The notes beneath the pieces are model-generated. The model was not told the DNA's origin. It did not search any database and worked only from the letters and a program-made list of their open reading frames with translations. DNA of 64,000 bases from Oculina patagonica. Taxonomy: Eukaryota. Positions 22,481 through 35,100 of this stretch are shown here, piece after piece. The translations under genes and the position numbers were made by a program. The DNA is taken from NCBI RefSeq assembly GCF_052425735.1, contig NC_135759.1:35154001-35218000 (forward strand), read 5' to 3'. Within the stretch, counting starts at the first letter, position 1. Each line of letters starts with the position of its first letter.

Positions 22481-23775
22481 TGGGCATACATTTAGAGGTT
22501 GTATTGTACTGACATTTTGTTCCAAAGTAATTATTAGTCCAGAAACCAGTGAAATTGTCAGTTAGAAATTATTATTTTTTAACTGAGAGGTACAATGTTG
22601 ATTTCTGTGAAGACTTGAAGATTCCTGACCAGACCACTGTCAATATGGGAAGGCGTTCCTTCGAAAAAAAGATGATAATAATGGTGTTTAAGGAAATATG
22701 AAACATTTGTAGAGGTGTATGTAATTGTTTTGAAGCATCAGGCATAAAATTTACCAGAAATATCATTAAATAGTTTTCTAAAATATGATCTTTGAGACTG
22801 ATGTGGCGTTATGAAATATTATGATTTGTTTTATAGGAATTTATTTTGTAGAGAATAAAATTATTTTAATAAATAAAATAGACATGTATTAAACAAATTG
22901 TAATGAATAATATTTCTGTCAAGAATATTTTTCCCAGAGGGGATGGGGAATTCAGAAAAAGTAGAAAGAAACCTGTTTTTGACTCGTATTCTGGGGGGTT
23001 TGGGGAGGGACTACTTAGAATAAGAAAACTTAAAGCAACCTTGTTGAATGTTCCCAGGGCAAAGTTTATTGGTGTTTTTTTGGTTTTTCTCTTTTGCCCT
23101 TAACAAAGAAAACAGTTTCAGTTTACAGATTACTAAATTAGCCATGTAAACTCCAATAACATGGCCATCCCAAAGAAAGGATGTATGTACATCGTCAACT
23201 ACTTACAATAAATTATTAAAATGAATAAATAAATAAATTAAACTAGTTATAAATCTACAGCAATTCTATTTAACACTTTTTACAAAACGGATTTCTGAGG
23301 CAGTTATTTTGACATTCATATATTGGTCTTATAAAATAATTTTCTGTTCTCACAAGTTTCCTAAACAAATTGTGTTATTTTGAATAATTACCAAACATAA
23401 ACCCATGGCCTCTAACCTAGTCAACCCCCACTCCACAAAGTGATGTCCCAAGCATGACATGGCCCAAAATTTAGCGACAACACCAAGAATTAAATCGCGA
23501 CAAAAGAAAACTCTTCTCCTTAAAATTCCGCCAGCCAGCGAAGTCAAGCAACAACACCGCGACTTGAGGCATTTTTAAAACAGTTAAAACAGGGAAGACT
23601 GGGTACCCTGTGTTGCTCTGTTTGTTGTTGGTTCCGGTACTCCTCGTCCATATGCAGATTAGGTATGTCACATGCAAAAGTTCGCTTGGCGGTTGATTCA
23701 AATAATTTGCCGGCGGCAAATACTTGCGCTAGATCTGTAGATATTTCTTTTGATGCCTGAAATGCCAAACATACT

Positions 23776-24786
23776 ATGACAGAGTATCACCGAGGTATTG
23801 ACAATGTCGTGGATCGCGGACCATTCAGGGCGACGAAAATCTGGAACGAACTAATCGAACACCTACGAACGAAAGTCGAGCAACGTCGAAGGCGATGGAA
23901 ATTTCAATACTACGAGAACTGTTTTCGTGGCGGAGATGTAGTCGAAGTTCTCCATGCCTACGTCCAAAACAATCCTCATTTGTCGAAAAATGCCACTCGT
24001 AGTCAAGTCCGATCTCTGTGTCAGATTTTGCTGGAGAAAAGAGTTATCGAGTGCGTGGCTGCGGATAACAGCAAAAGGGACAGCTTCGAAGATAACAACA
24101 GATTGTACAGATTTTCATCCGGCCCAGTTGAACATGTTATTGCTTCACCCGTTCAGGTTGAGAGAAAGACAAGTAGAAGAAGAAGTCTCCTTGGTCAAAG
24201 GGACAAAAAAGCAGCAAGAAGAAAGTCGTTAAGTTTTACACCGAGGGCACAGAAGCGATTTGCTGATCTGCTCATGTCCACAGAATCCCCTAAAGATGTT
24301 TCTATAGATACCGGAACACAAGAAATACCAAAGAAGCGAAGAAGACTCAGTTTGGATGCAGGACTTGGTTTAAGGTACAAAATATTTTATAGAAGCTGCC
24401 AGAGAACACGTATCTGTAGTTGTGGATAGATAATCAATGATCTTTACAAAAGAAATATGTTAATGAGTTTTCAATAGTCCTTCCTATTGCTTTCTATGGT
24501 CTGTTTACCTTTGTTGCTAAAATGACCGCTAGAATGGGGATGGCGGTGTAGGTGGTGATGGTTATGGGTGGTCGTGCTGGTGGGGGGGGGGGGGTGAGGG
24601 GTTAGTGATTAGGCTTTGGTAGATTGTGCTCCTAAAATGGGCATTTTTTGTTATTACCATAACAATTTTACCAAATTAAAAAAAATTTTTCCCTAATTTC
24701 CCAAATTTTTTTTTTTTTTCCAAATTTTTCCCCAAAAAATTACATAATTTCAATAAAAAAGGGGGCAAAAAAGAAATTTTTTTTTT

Positions 24787-24823
<37 letters not shown>

Positions 24824-27157
24824 CATTTTTTTACCAAAAAACATTAAAAAAATGAAAAAATTTTTTTTTTTTATAAAAAATTTTTTTTTTTTTTTTTTTT
24901 CTACAAAAATAAATTTTTTTTTTTTTTCCCATTAAAAAAATCAAGTAGTGATGTGTCAGAGATGAGAAACATTCATCACACAAGCACTGCATTTAGCAAA
25001 TCTCCCAATGCTACGCTGTGAAATGGGAGTATTTGGATTTTCCAGTCTAGTGGCAAATGCCTTTGGATAACCCAAGATTTGATTTACACTAGTCTAGCAA
25101 CATATGCTTACAAGTACTAAATGTTGTACAGGTCAGAAAATGGTCAGGGAAAAATAAAATTCGTGAAGGTCAGGGAAATGTCAGGAAATTTTATTTTGGG
25201 TCAGCGAAAATTGATATTTTGAAGAAAAGTCAGGGAAAGTAATTTATTACAGTTGAACCTTCATTAGTGGACACCTACCATAGGTGGACACCTTCAATAT
25301 GCTGACACAAAGTTGTGGTCCTGACAACAACATACAATGTTCATGTTGTAGACACTACAATACTTTAATTTTCAAACCTCCCATAAGTTAGCCTCCTGTA
25401 CAGACGCTCTTTGGGGTTGGCATGTATTACGTGACATAGGAGGCTACCCATGAGTGGACACTTTCTGAATCCAAGGATGGCTGTTTATGGTTTGCAACAG
25501 TGACAGCTCTGTATAGAGGTAATTGATTACTTTTCTTTTTTCACACAGAAAAAATAAGTTGTCAATGTTGTCTAGCTCGACTGATCAAGGAGATTTGATC
25601 AGTGAGGTCTGGTTTGAAGTGGCCCTATCTCGACTCCTTCAACTCACAGACGTTCCCTTTCTGGAGGACATATTGACTCCACCAATTAAAGATGATAGGA
25701 CAGGAGTTATAGTTATCTCAAACAGCGTCCCAGAACCTTGTATTCAACATTCACAACAGATTGACTGCAACAAAGAAAACATTGACAACTCAGAGATGAA
25801 CAATGTTTGGGTTACAGCAGGGATGGAGTGTATTCAGTTACAGAGAGACTGTCCTTTGCCGCAGCGTGGCAACATGGGTTATTTAAATGTGATGAATGCC
25901 AAGGAGGCAGGAATTCAGCAGATTCTGTTGCAGTATTATGGCTCTCTTGTTGATACGCTGATCCCTTCAAACTTAACAGACTTGGTAGATGGTATTCTCT
26001 GTGCATTGGCTAATGATTGGACTAAGGCAATAACATTTCTGCCGATGTTGGTCTTGATGCTACCAAGCAGTCAAAGAAGACACCTAAAGAAATTGTTGAA
26101 CTTCATGGGGCGGTCTACAGGCACAAGCAGTGGCAGGTTCATTGTAAAGAAGTTCATGGGTGCTATCTTACCAAAGGACGTGAAAAATAAGGTGGGTTCA
26201 CTTGAGCAGACCAAATTAAACAAAGGGTTAAGATAATGCAATTGAGATGCTTAACATTTGGCATGTATTTTTGGTCCAGTGTACAAGTAGCATCTCAAGT
26301 GCATTATGTGTACATTGTATTTTAATCCTACGGCAGAGATAAAATCAGTATTTTAGCCTAGAGGCACATCAGGGCAGTGCTTATCTCCCATTTCAGTAGA
26401 ATAGAGTGACTGGTAACTGTATTTTCCTCTTAGTATTTTCAACTACCTCTGAATGGGATGCCAGTCCCCTGCCCCCCCCCCCCCCCCCCCACTGGGGTGA
26501 AGAGAAGCCTCGTCTCTCTTGGCCAAGAACACTTGTAACAAATTGACACTAGCCAGGACTCCAACTTGGACTGCTTGATCCGGAGTCCAGTGCACTAAGC
26601 ATTTGGCCACCATTCTTCCCATTTCTCAATCCTATATTATAATATATCAATTGTAAAATAATATACCACAGGTAAGGGCAAGATATTCTTCATGTTGCTA
26701 GATCCGTTTTGAAGGAATTATGTGGCGAGCTGACAAAATGCATTTTCTTGGCAAATGACTGTTTTTGAAGTTTTGTAGCTGAAATGATGGTAAAGTTACA
26801 TTGTTCATGTACTTTCTCTCTTAGGATTCAGGTCAAAAATTGGTTTCATCCATGGTGAAGAATCGGCAACAGATGTTTACAGTACCAACTCAACTCAAAG
26901 AGCATTTCAGGAGAAACATCTCATATGCACAGAGGGGGATGTGCCCACCCCTGCCATCCACAGTTTGTCAACAGATGTCTATTGCAGAGTACACAAACCA
27001 GACAAAATTAACAACATGTCTAGCTTTGAACATGCTTATGACGCATATTATCAACAACCTTCAGATGACTCTAAAAGAAAAGGAGGAACGACTGAAACTT
27101 TTCCAGAAACACCACAATGACTTATTTTTGCAGCAATTCCCAAGTGGCCAGTTGTGA
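23776..27157 (+). CDS. DEPDC1/DEPDC7-family protein (DEP + RhoGAP-like), ~524 aa; exons 23776-24374, 25549-26191, 26825-27157
   Basis: N-terminal GPFRATKIWN...YENCFRGGDVV...FEDNNRLYRF DEP domain, RLLQL motif, LLP..RR.L..LL.FM-type RhoGAP-like segment and C-terminal LKLFQKHH..LF...FP. Splice phases 2 and 0 are consistent. Confidence 0.88.
24605..24945. other. Low-complexity poly-T/poly-A stretch, probable sequencing or consensus error
   Basis: Homopolymer-rich noise follows a poly-G run and is absent from copy B (51450-51465). Confidence 0.7.
26370..26611 (-). mobile_element. tRNA-derived SINE (degenerate) in DEPDC intron 2
   Basis: Minus strand starts GGTGGCCAAATGCTTAGTGCACTGGACTCCGGATC...; the body TGTTCTTGGCCAAGA...GGACTGGCATCCCATTCA is shared with the SINE at 59855-60039. 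Confidence 0.65.
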
Positions 27158-27664
27158 AAAGTGGCCTAACAATTACTTGCATAATTTATTAAATCTTAAT
27201 ACTCTCGTGCGAATGCTTCCGTCTTACATCCAGAACACTACACACCTTCTGGTTCGGCAATAAACTTAAAGTTAATAAATTATTGACACCACAGTGTCGT
27301 GAGCAAACTGTAGTGTTGCTAGAGGATGTGTGGAGCCAGCCATGCTTGATTGGGGCAATTCTGGTCAGAATGAACTCAAAATAATGTTATGTTTTTAATT
27401 TATAAAACACTAGCAGGGGAAGCTGCCTGGAAGAGAATGAAAAGTCTTGTGTAATCTCAGTCATGAACTCTAAAGTTCAAAACCTAACTAATGATTGCAT
27501 ATTTTGCTGCCGTCAATCAAAATTGTCATTGAATCATGACAACAATCAATGAACTTTGAGAAAAAAAATTTTTAACTTTTTTTACTTCATTTTATTAATA
27601 TTTTTATCGTAAAGCGCCATGGGCAATTAGTGGATTTTGGCACTATATAAATAGTTTTAGTTAT

Positions 27665-28164
27665 NNNNNNNNNNNNNNNNNNNNNNNNNNNNNNNNNNNN
27701 NNNNNNNNNNNNNNNNNNNNNNNNNNNNNNNNNNNNNNNNNNNNNNNNNNNNNNNNNNNNNNNNNNNNNNNNNNNNNNNNNNNNNNNNNNNNNNNNNNNN
27801 NNNNNNNNNNNNNNNNNNNNNNNNNNNNNNNNNNNNNNNNNNNNNNNNNNNNNNNNNNNNNNNNNNNNNNNNNNNNNNNNNNNNNNNNNNNNNNNNNNNN
27901 NNNNNNNNNNNNNNNNNNNNNNNNNNNNNNNNNNNNNNNNNNNNNNNNNNNNNNNNNNNNNNNNNNNNNNNNNNNNNNNNNNNNNNNNNNNNNNNNNNNN
28001 NNNNNNNNNNNNNNNNNNNNNNNNNNNNNNNNNNNNNNNNNNNNNNNNNNNNNNNNNNNNNNNNNNNNNNNNNNNNNNNNNNNNNNNNNNNNNNNNNNNN
28101 NNNNNNNNNNNNNNNNNNNNNNNNNNNNNNNNNNNNNNNNNNNNNNNNNNNNNNNNNNNNNNNN
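27665..28164. other. Scaffold gap (500 N)
   Basis: Run of exactly 500 N. Confidence 1.
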
Positions 28165-28822
28165 GTAGTTCAGCAACAAAACTTAAAAATCCAACAAAGT
28201 TACAGAAGGTGCGGACTTCTCGGGAAAGTTTGTAATTTTTTGATTGGTTAGTTTCGATCCTAAATTTTGAACGGTTGTCAACAATTTCGGTTTTGCAGTC
28301 ACAATACAAGTTTTCAAGTTAATTTATTCTAGTAAAATAAATAATTATTATCCTTTCTGCCGAGGGTCGGATCTGTAGAGTGTGTACAATATAGCGGAGT
28401 CGATCGTATGCTAATTGAGGTAAAACAGAAAAAAAAATTGTTGTTGAGCAGTTTTCTGAATGCTCCAACGCCTTTGGTCTGTTTACGTAAAGGATAACAA
28501 TCCATTGTTGTCGATTATCGTTTTGATTGGTCAACTTTCTTCCAAGTGTCTGGCTCAGGCAGCCGCACTGTCAGTTGCAGTATCTTCTGCAACTTCTTCT
28601 TCTTCTGCTTCTGTCCACAAGGTTGACGCTTTGTTTGAAAGGAGGAGACTTATTTCGATGATTGATGATTATTGAATATGTTCCAACATTAGAAGAGAAT
28701 CGTGTCATTATTGTAGTTAACTGGAAAGGATATCCACCCCTATTGTGAGAACATCTTTATGAGTAATTGAGAGCAGAGAGTGGTGAATTAGAAATTAAAG
28801 CGGTTTATTTCTATAATTGCAG

Positions 28823-30187
28823 AAAGCTGATTTAAAAAAGAAACCCGGCAAACCACCCAAATCTTCGAAAAAGAAAGACGAATCTCCTATCGACCCGGAA
28901 AACATAGATTTTGATGCATTCAACACACCGGAAATGCTAGAGGGAATGGACGATGAACTACGACAGTTCATTCAGGAGCAGGGTAAAAGTGACGTCACTT
29001 CCGCCACTGTCAATCAGCCTAATGATGGTGCTGTTGCAAATGAAACAATTAAAAGACAAGAGTCTGTACAAACCATAGAAATGCCACAAGTCGCCCGTGA
29101 AGTTCCACCGGAGAAAAAAGATGCACACGCGCCGTCTAAACCCAAGAAATTGTCCAAGAAGGAGCTGGCGAAACTAAGAGCAGATCAACGAAAAGAGGAA
29201 AGGAAAAGGAAGGAAGAAGAGAAGAGAATAAGAGAGGAAGAGATGCGCTTGATGAAGGAGCGCGAAGAAGAGGCAGCCAGAGCTAAGGCAGAGGCGGAAG
29301 AGAAGCAGAGAAACATTGAAGAAGAGAAGATGAAAAGGGTGGAGGAGGAGGAAGAAGCCAAAAAACACGAACAAGAAGCGCTGGAGAAACTGAAGGAAGC
29401 CAAGAAAAAGGCACGCGAAGAGCGAGAATCGCGGAGAGCGGCTGAAGCCGAGCGAAGAAGGCTTGAGGTACAAAAGAAACGTGAAGAGAAGAAGAAGCGA
29501 GAAGAGGAGTTAAGAGAGCGAGAGAAAGAACTTGAACAACAGCGAATGAATCGCGAGAAAAGAATGGCCGAAATTGAGGAAGCGAGGCGGCGGAAGGAAG
29601 AACTTGAGCGCCTTGAAGAGGATCAAAGACTGGAGGAAGAACGTCTCCTGGCGCTTCAGGAAGAGGAGGAAGAACGACGGCTGGAGGAGGAGAAGATACG
29701 CGAAGCAGAAGAAGAGTTGCGCAGGATACAAGAAGAGCGAGAGTATCGCGAGCAGATGAGGCGGATAGCTGAAATGCAGGAGGCAAAGCTAAGGCAGGAA
29801 GAGGAGGAAAGGCTGAGGCGAGAAGAAGAAGAGCGCCAGCGGGCTGAGGAAGAAATGCGCAAACGGGAAGAAGCCGAGCAGGAACGACTTCGCGAGGAAC
29901 AGAAACGCATTGAAATGGCACGCCGGTTGGAAGCTTTAGCGCGCATGCGTTCTGCTCAAGCGGCCGCCAGGAGGAAGGCGTTGTTGTTGAAACGAAGGGA
30001 AGATAACATGGAAAGAATGACGAGTTTAAAGCACACACGTTGCGGACAACACATTACCCGAGCCTTTGTATTCACATACTATACGCACATACCGAGAAAG
30101 GTGTGGGAAGTACCAATTGGTTTCAACAAGAAAAAGAAAGGTTTTGGAATGCCAAGGAGAAAACCAGCCCCACCTAAACCTCCTTGA
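28823..30187 (+). CDS. Terminal exon of the E/R/K-rich helical protein, copy B (upstream exon missing)
   Basis: Same as 1966-3330 apart from two amino-acid changes (S>G, S>N); copy B starts inside the preceding intron. Confidence 0.7.
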   Translation, partial: KADLKKKPGKPPKSSKKKDESPIDPENIDFDAFNTPEMLEGMDDELRQFIQEQGKSDVTSATVNQPNDGAVANETIKRQESVQTIEMPQVAREVPPEKKDAHAPSKPKKLSKKELAKLRADQRKEERKRKEEEKRIREEEMRLMKEREEEAARAKAEAEEKQRNIEEEKMKRVEEEEEAKKHEQEALEKLKEAKKKAREERESRRAAEAERRRLEVQKKREEKKKREEELREREKELEQQRMNREKRMAEIEEARRRKEELERLEEDQRLEEERLLALQEEEEERRLEEEKIREAEEELRRIQEEREYREQMRRIAEMQEAKLRQEEEERLRREEEERQRAEEEMRKREEAEQERLREEQKRIEMARRLEALARMRSAQAAARRKALLLKRREDNMERMTSLKHTRCGQHITRAFVFTYYTHIPRKVWEVPIGFNKKKKGFGMPRRKPAPPKPP

Positions 30188-32133
30188 TAAGAAAAAGCAA
30201 GCCTTTGGCTTTTAGGCTTTGAGAGTTGACTTGCAGCAAAGGTAATTAATAACGCCCAGTATCACGGAAATTAGACCAAATCGTGGACTCAATTTACAAA
30301 ATCGCTTTAGCATTTGAAAATCAGTCTGTAGATCAAATGCAGAAGACCCTGGAGACGAGATAACTACTACATAGTATTTTCTAAGATTAAACAAAAAGTT
30401 TTGAGGTCTTTGAAAGATTAATACGCCATCCAGGGATGACCAACCAGCTAGTTGTAGGTTTTTTTTTCCATGGGTGATCAGTTTTATTTATGCCTGTTCA
30501 CAGTGTGAACGGCTATGTATTTTTTAAAGTTCCTTAGCGGGCCAGTTTTCTATTAACGGTATTTATTCCCGTGATGTTTTGGTTATTTAATAAGGGGGAC
30601 TATAATTTTCCAAGTATTAAGTTAGAGAAATCGTACAGTTTTAAGATCCAAAATCAATACTTTGTAAAAATACGTGCTTCGAAATTTACCTTCAATTGCT
30701 TTAAACTGTTTGAAGTTTAGCCGAAGTCAAGGAATCTTTTAATCTGTTCAATGTAAAAAAAAAGGCCAGAGCCCAGAAGAATGTTTCGAGCGTTGAAAAA
30801 CTCTAGGAAAAAGGGTTTTTTTGAATGAGTTACAGCAAAACAGGATCGATCGAGATACTTTAATTCGGAAGGTTCAAGATATAGATTATTGTAAAAAGAA
30901 TGTAAAATAATATAATTGGGTAGATTCATATAGGTTCATTTCGTCTTATTTATTTTTTGATAGATTTTAGATTTCTTAGTTTCAAATGATGTGAACAAAC
31001 TATTTAATATTATCTCCTAATTTGTTAATGTAGAAGAAAAGAATATATTTTTAGAATTAAGCTTACAGAAGAGAATAACTTGAAAATAGGTTTTGCAAAT
31101 TAAAAAAAATATGACATCATGAATGTGGAGAAATAATTAGTTGCGTGTTAAGGTGTGTGTGGTATAGTCTGCGTTAAGTAAACCTTTCCCTTTTGCTTCA
31201 TGCCCCAACTTCGATCCCTGAAAAGTGGCAAAGCAATTGACACAGGTCATGCATCGCTCGCATGCTCTCGGGAGAGATGGGCCAAGGGTCGGTCTAGGGA
31301 CAATTGTCTGTCCATGCTGGTAGCTTGTAGCTCAAACTGATAAAACCAGTTTGGTTGCAAGGCTGGTACTACGGCTGAAGAGCCAAATTTATTGGCCAAT
31401 ATTTTAACCAGCAGAGCTATTCGTCTTTAGGAAAATAACGACTCTAAAATTGGCCCTGAAGAAGAACAGCTCTGCTAGTCGAAATATTGGCCGATAAATT
31501 TTGCCCTTCAGTCGTTGTACCAGCCTTGCAATTATTCTGATTTTATTTACACTTGGAGTGACGACTGGTACGAGCATTTCGTAAACAAGAGATCCGTCCG
31601 GCAACAGACAAGCTAAGTCGTTTTATTCATCGTTGTGTGGTCCCCTGCATCCAAACTGTTTTTGTAGCTAGTAACTGGTGTCACCGCTGTTGGTTTTATT
31701 TTGTGAAAGTGAGTATTTTTCAGTCAAATTATAGCGCCCAAGATAGGATTAGACTTTTAGTTTGAATCAACGAGTTCTCCTGCAGTTGTTTACCGTCCGG
31801 TTCGTTGATATCAAACACGGCTATTGCAGCTCCATCGTCAGCAATCACGTGACAAAGAGGGAGGGGCTTTACCTCTTTTAATTTATTATTCCAGTTCTGG
31901 TTTTCTCTCTGTCACGCCGATTCTACGCTCTCGGGACTGTCGGGAGAGATCGAGAAAGGATCCCGCTTAGATACGTACCCTCCCGAGAGCGTAGCGTTGC
32001 GTGACAGAAAATGGGCCAGAACTTGCGTGCGAAGCATGACGTGACCGGTGTCATTTGTCGCGCGTCACGATACGGATAACGAGAGTGACACTTGAGAACA
32101 AAGCAGTCAAAGTTGTAGTGAACCCCGTCAGGA

Positions 32134-35100
32134 ATGGCTCAATCAAACCCTCCGCTTGACTCGCAGTACACGAAAGGTCGATTTGCTAACAAGGTGTCCA
32201 TTATAACTGGTGGATCATCGGGGATCGGACGAGCTACTGTTAAAAGATTTGTCAATGATGGAGCTGCAGTAGCCGTGTTTGATATCAACGAACCGGACGG
32301 TAAACAACTGCAGGATGAACTTACAGCTTGTGGATACCATGGCAAGTTCTACAAAGTGGATGTGGCAGATAAAGAGCAGTGTGTACAAGGAGTTAAGAAA
32401 GTTGCTGAAGATCATGAGGGAAAAATACATTTTCTGGTGAACAACGCAGCCATCGGCGCGCCTTGTAAGGGTGAGTATGACCTGACCCGGGTTTTTAGCA
32501 AGTCAGTTAATTTACCGGTATTTTGAAATTCTCTTGTTCCTATTAAAACTCGACTATTCGCACAACAAATCTAAGCCAATTTCAAAAGCATCGACTATTC
32601 ATTCAAAGAGCTGGTTTATAGACTCTTTATACGGTTCCCGAATACGACGAATACGGAATACACCGCAGCTATGAAACTCCAGTGGGTGTGCATGTGATTC
32701 ATATTAAGTGTCACGTGAAGTCACGCAATGAGGAGACCGACGGATTTATCCTTTATACATAATTTTCTGCGTTAATTCTGAAGACCAGCGGGAAATAATA
32801 TAATGGAGAGACTGATAGATTTCTACGCTAGATTTGAAAGGTGGGCACCGGGATTGAAAACGACCTGACTGAAAAAAAAAATGGTTCTTTGAACGGGCCT
32901 CAAGGGAACCTAAATGGTCCCTTCCCTGTAGCCGCTACTAAATTTCCCCCAATTTTGTCCTTTTTAAGCGATGACGTCAGGAAATCGCTTATTGCCATCG
33001 CAAGACCGACCCGATCTTTTTGTCTGTTTCGGTCGAACAGAAATCAAGTTTAACTTAATAACAAGAAATCGCCGCATAGAACACAAAAGCAAAATACTCC
33101 CGTGCAGTTAGAATGGAACACTACAATGTATAAACGAAAGAGACTAATTACATATGATGGGATCTATTAGAATTAGTAGACAGAAATTTCTAACTCTTAT
33201 AATAATAAGGGCCGCCGTGGGCAAGAGACCGTTTGACCTCTCTCGCAGCTTAAAAGCTAGCTCCCGCGTATCGTATGTCGTTTATCGGAAGTCACACACT
33301 ACAATATAACGCAATCTACTGTTGTTCAATTGAGCAAATCTACGAAGAAAATGTATTATTAACTTTGCATCCTTGACCTGCCTACTGTTAATTCTGTATT
33401 TATTTGAATTCCATCATATCCTAACTTAATGCTATTTAGACAATCACCAACATTGCTTCTTTGGTTTAAAAAATGTACACTGCAATTGGATAACAGTCTT
33501 TTTCCCGCCCTCAATCCCGTCATCGCTTCTGCATGCACTGCATGCCGTTTATTAAGCGATGACGTCAGGAAATCGCTTATTGCCATCGCAAGACCGACCC
33601 GATCTTTTTGTCTTTTTGTCTGTTTCGGTCGAACAGAAATCAAGTTTAACTTGATAACAAGAAATCGCCGCATAGAACACAAAAGCAAAATACTCCCGTG
33701 CAGTTAGAATGGAACACTACAATGTATAAACGAAAGAGACTAATTACATATGATGGGATCTATTAGAATTAGTAGACAGAAATTTCTAACATTTATAATT
33801 TTAAGGGCCGTCGTGAACAAGAGACCGTTTGACCTTTCTCGCAGCTTTTAAAAAAGCTAGCTCCCGCGTATCGTATGTCGTTTATCGGAAGTCACACACT
33901 ACAATATAACGCAATCTACTGTTGTTCAATTGAGCAAATCTACGAAGAAAATGTATTATTAACTTTGCATCCTTGGCCTGCCTACTGTTAATTCTGTATT
34001 TATTTGAATTCCATAATATCCTAACTATGCTATTTAGACAATCACGAACATTGCTTCTTAGGTTTAAAAAATGTACACTGCAATTGGATAACAGTCTTTA
34101 TCCCGTCCTCAATTATGTTAGACCCTTTGTGAAACGTCAGCGCTTCTGCATGCACTGCATGCCGTTTTTTCCCTAATGAGACAGCCCGCTTGCGGGCTAC
34201 GTACCCCATAGTTAGCTATTGCCTCTAATCCAACCTGGCCCTGGGTCCTTTAAAGATTTTTCTATATTCGGGAAGAGAAACGTCGAGACACACTTTGGAA
34301 AGACAAAATGCACGCACTTGAGAACAGGGCAAAGAAAGGAAAGGAGACAATGTTAAAAATGGTGAAACGAAACTGGAAATATTTTTTCCAGTTACAGCTT
34401 TTTTTGCTGACGCGTTTTATAATATTCTCAGGTAGTGCATTTAAACATTTTAGATTTTAGATTAACTGCAGACAGTACTGTTTCGGCCTTCTGGGCCTCA
34501 TCAGTGCAGTGCTGATGCTAGGATGGAGGTTAAGCTGTATTGTATTGTATTGTATTGTATTGTATTGTATTGTATTGTATTGTATTGTATTGTATTGTAT
34601 TGTATTGTAAAAGGGTTTAAGTGAATTTTAGACGCGCCCCTTTTGACAGTATTTGGAGATCTGAATAGAAGTAATAAGAGCTTACCATCTACTACCTTTT
34701 CACAGGTTTGGATTCTTCAAAGGCAGACTGGGATAGAGTTTTGGGAATAAATCTCATTGGTTATTCCAACATGGTGCAAGCCTGTTACCCATTTATGACT
34801 AAAGGTAACTCGGTGGCCACGTGTTTGTATTTTTGTGTCAATATAGTGTTGTGGAAGAGTAATAGCCTGTGTAACGCGCAGATCGACGTTTTCCCTTTCG
34901 AGAACGAGACAACATCATATTGACAAGGAGAAACCTCATTTGCATTCACTTTCAACACACATTTACATAAGTTACTACTGTCTCGCGTCCTGAGCTTTAC
35001 GCGGCACCTCTCATGCTCTCGGCAAGGAAACGACGGCTGTGCAGGCTAGAAGTTTCAAACTTGAACTTACTCAAGTTGGTTGATTGACCAATAAACGCTA

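Larger units (their letters stand above)
1307..27664 (+). repeat. Copy A of ~26.4 kb duplicated block
   Basis: Colinear with 28165-54131 at an offset of about 26.86 kb over most of its length; the ORF track repeats in the same order. Confidence 0.97.

Noticed and set aside
27587-28309. ORFs of 240 and 172 aa
   Set aside because: They run through the N gap.
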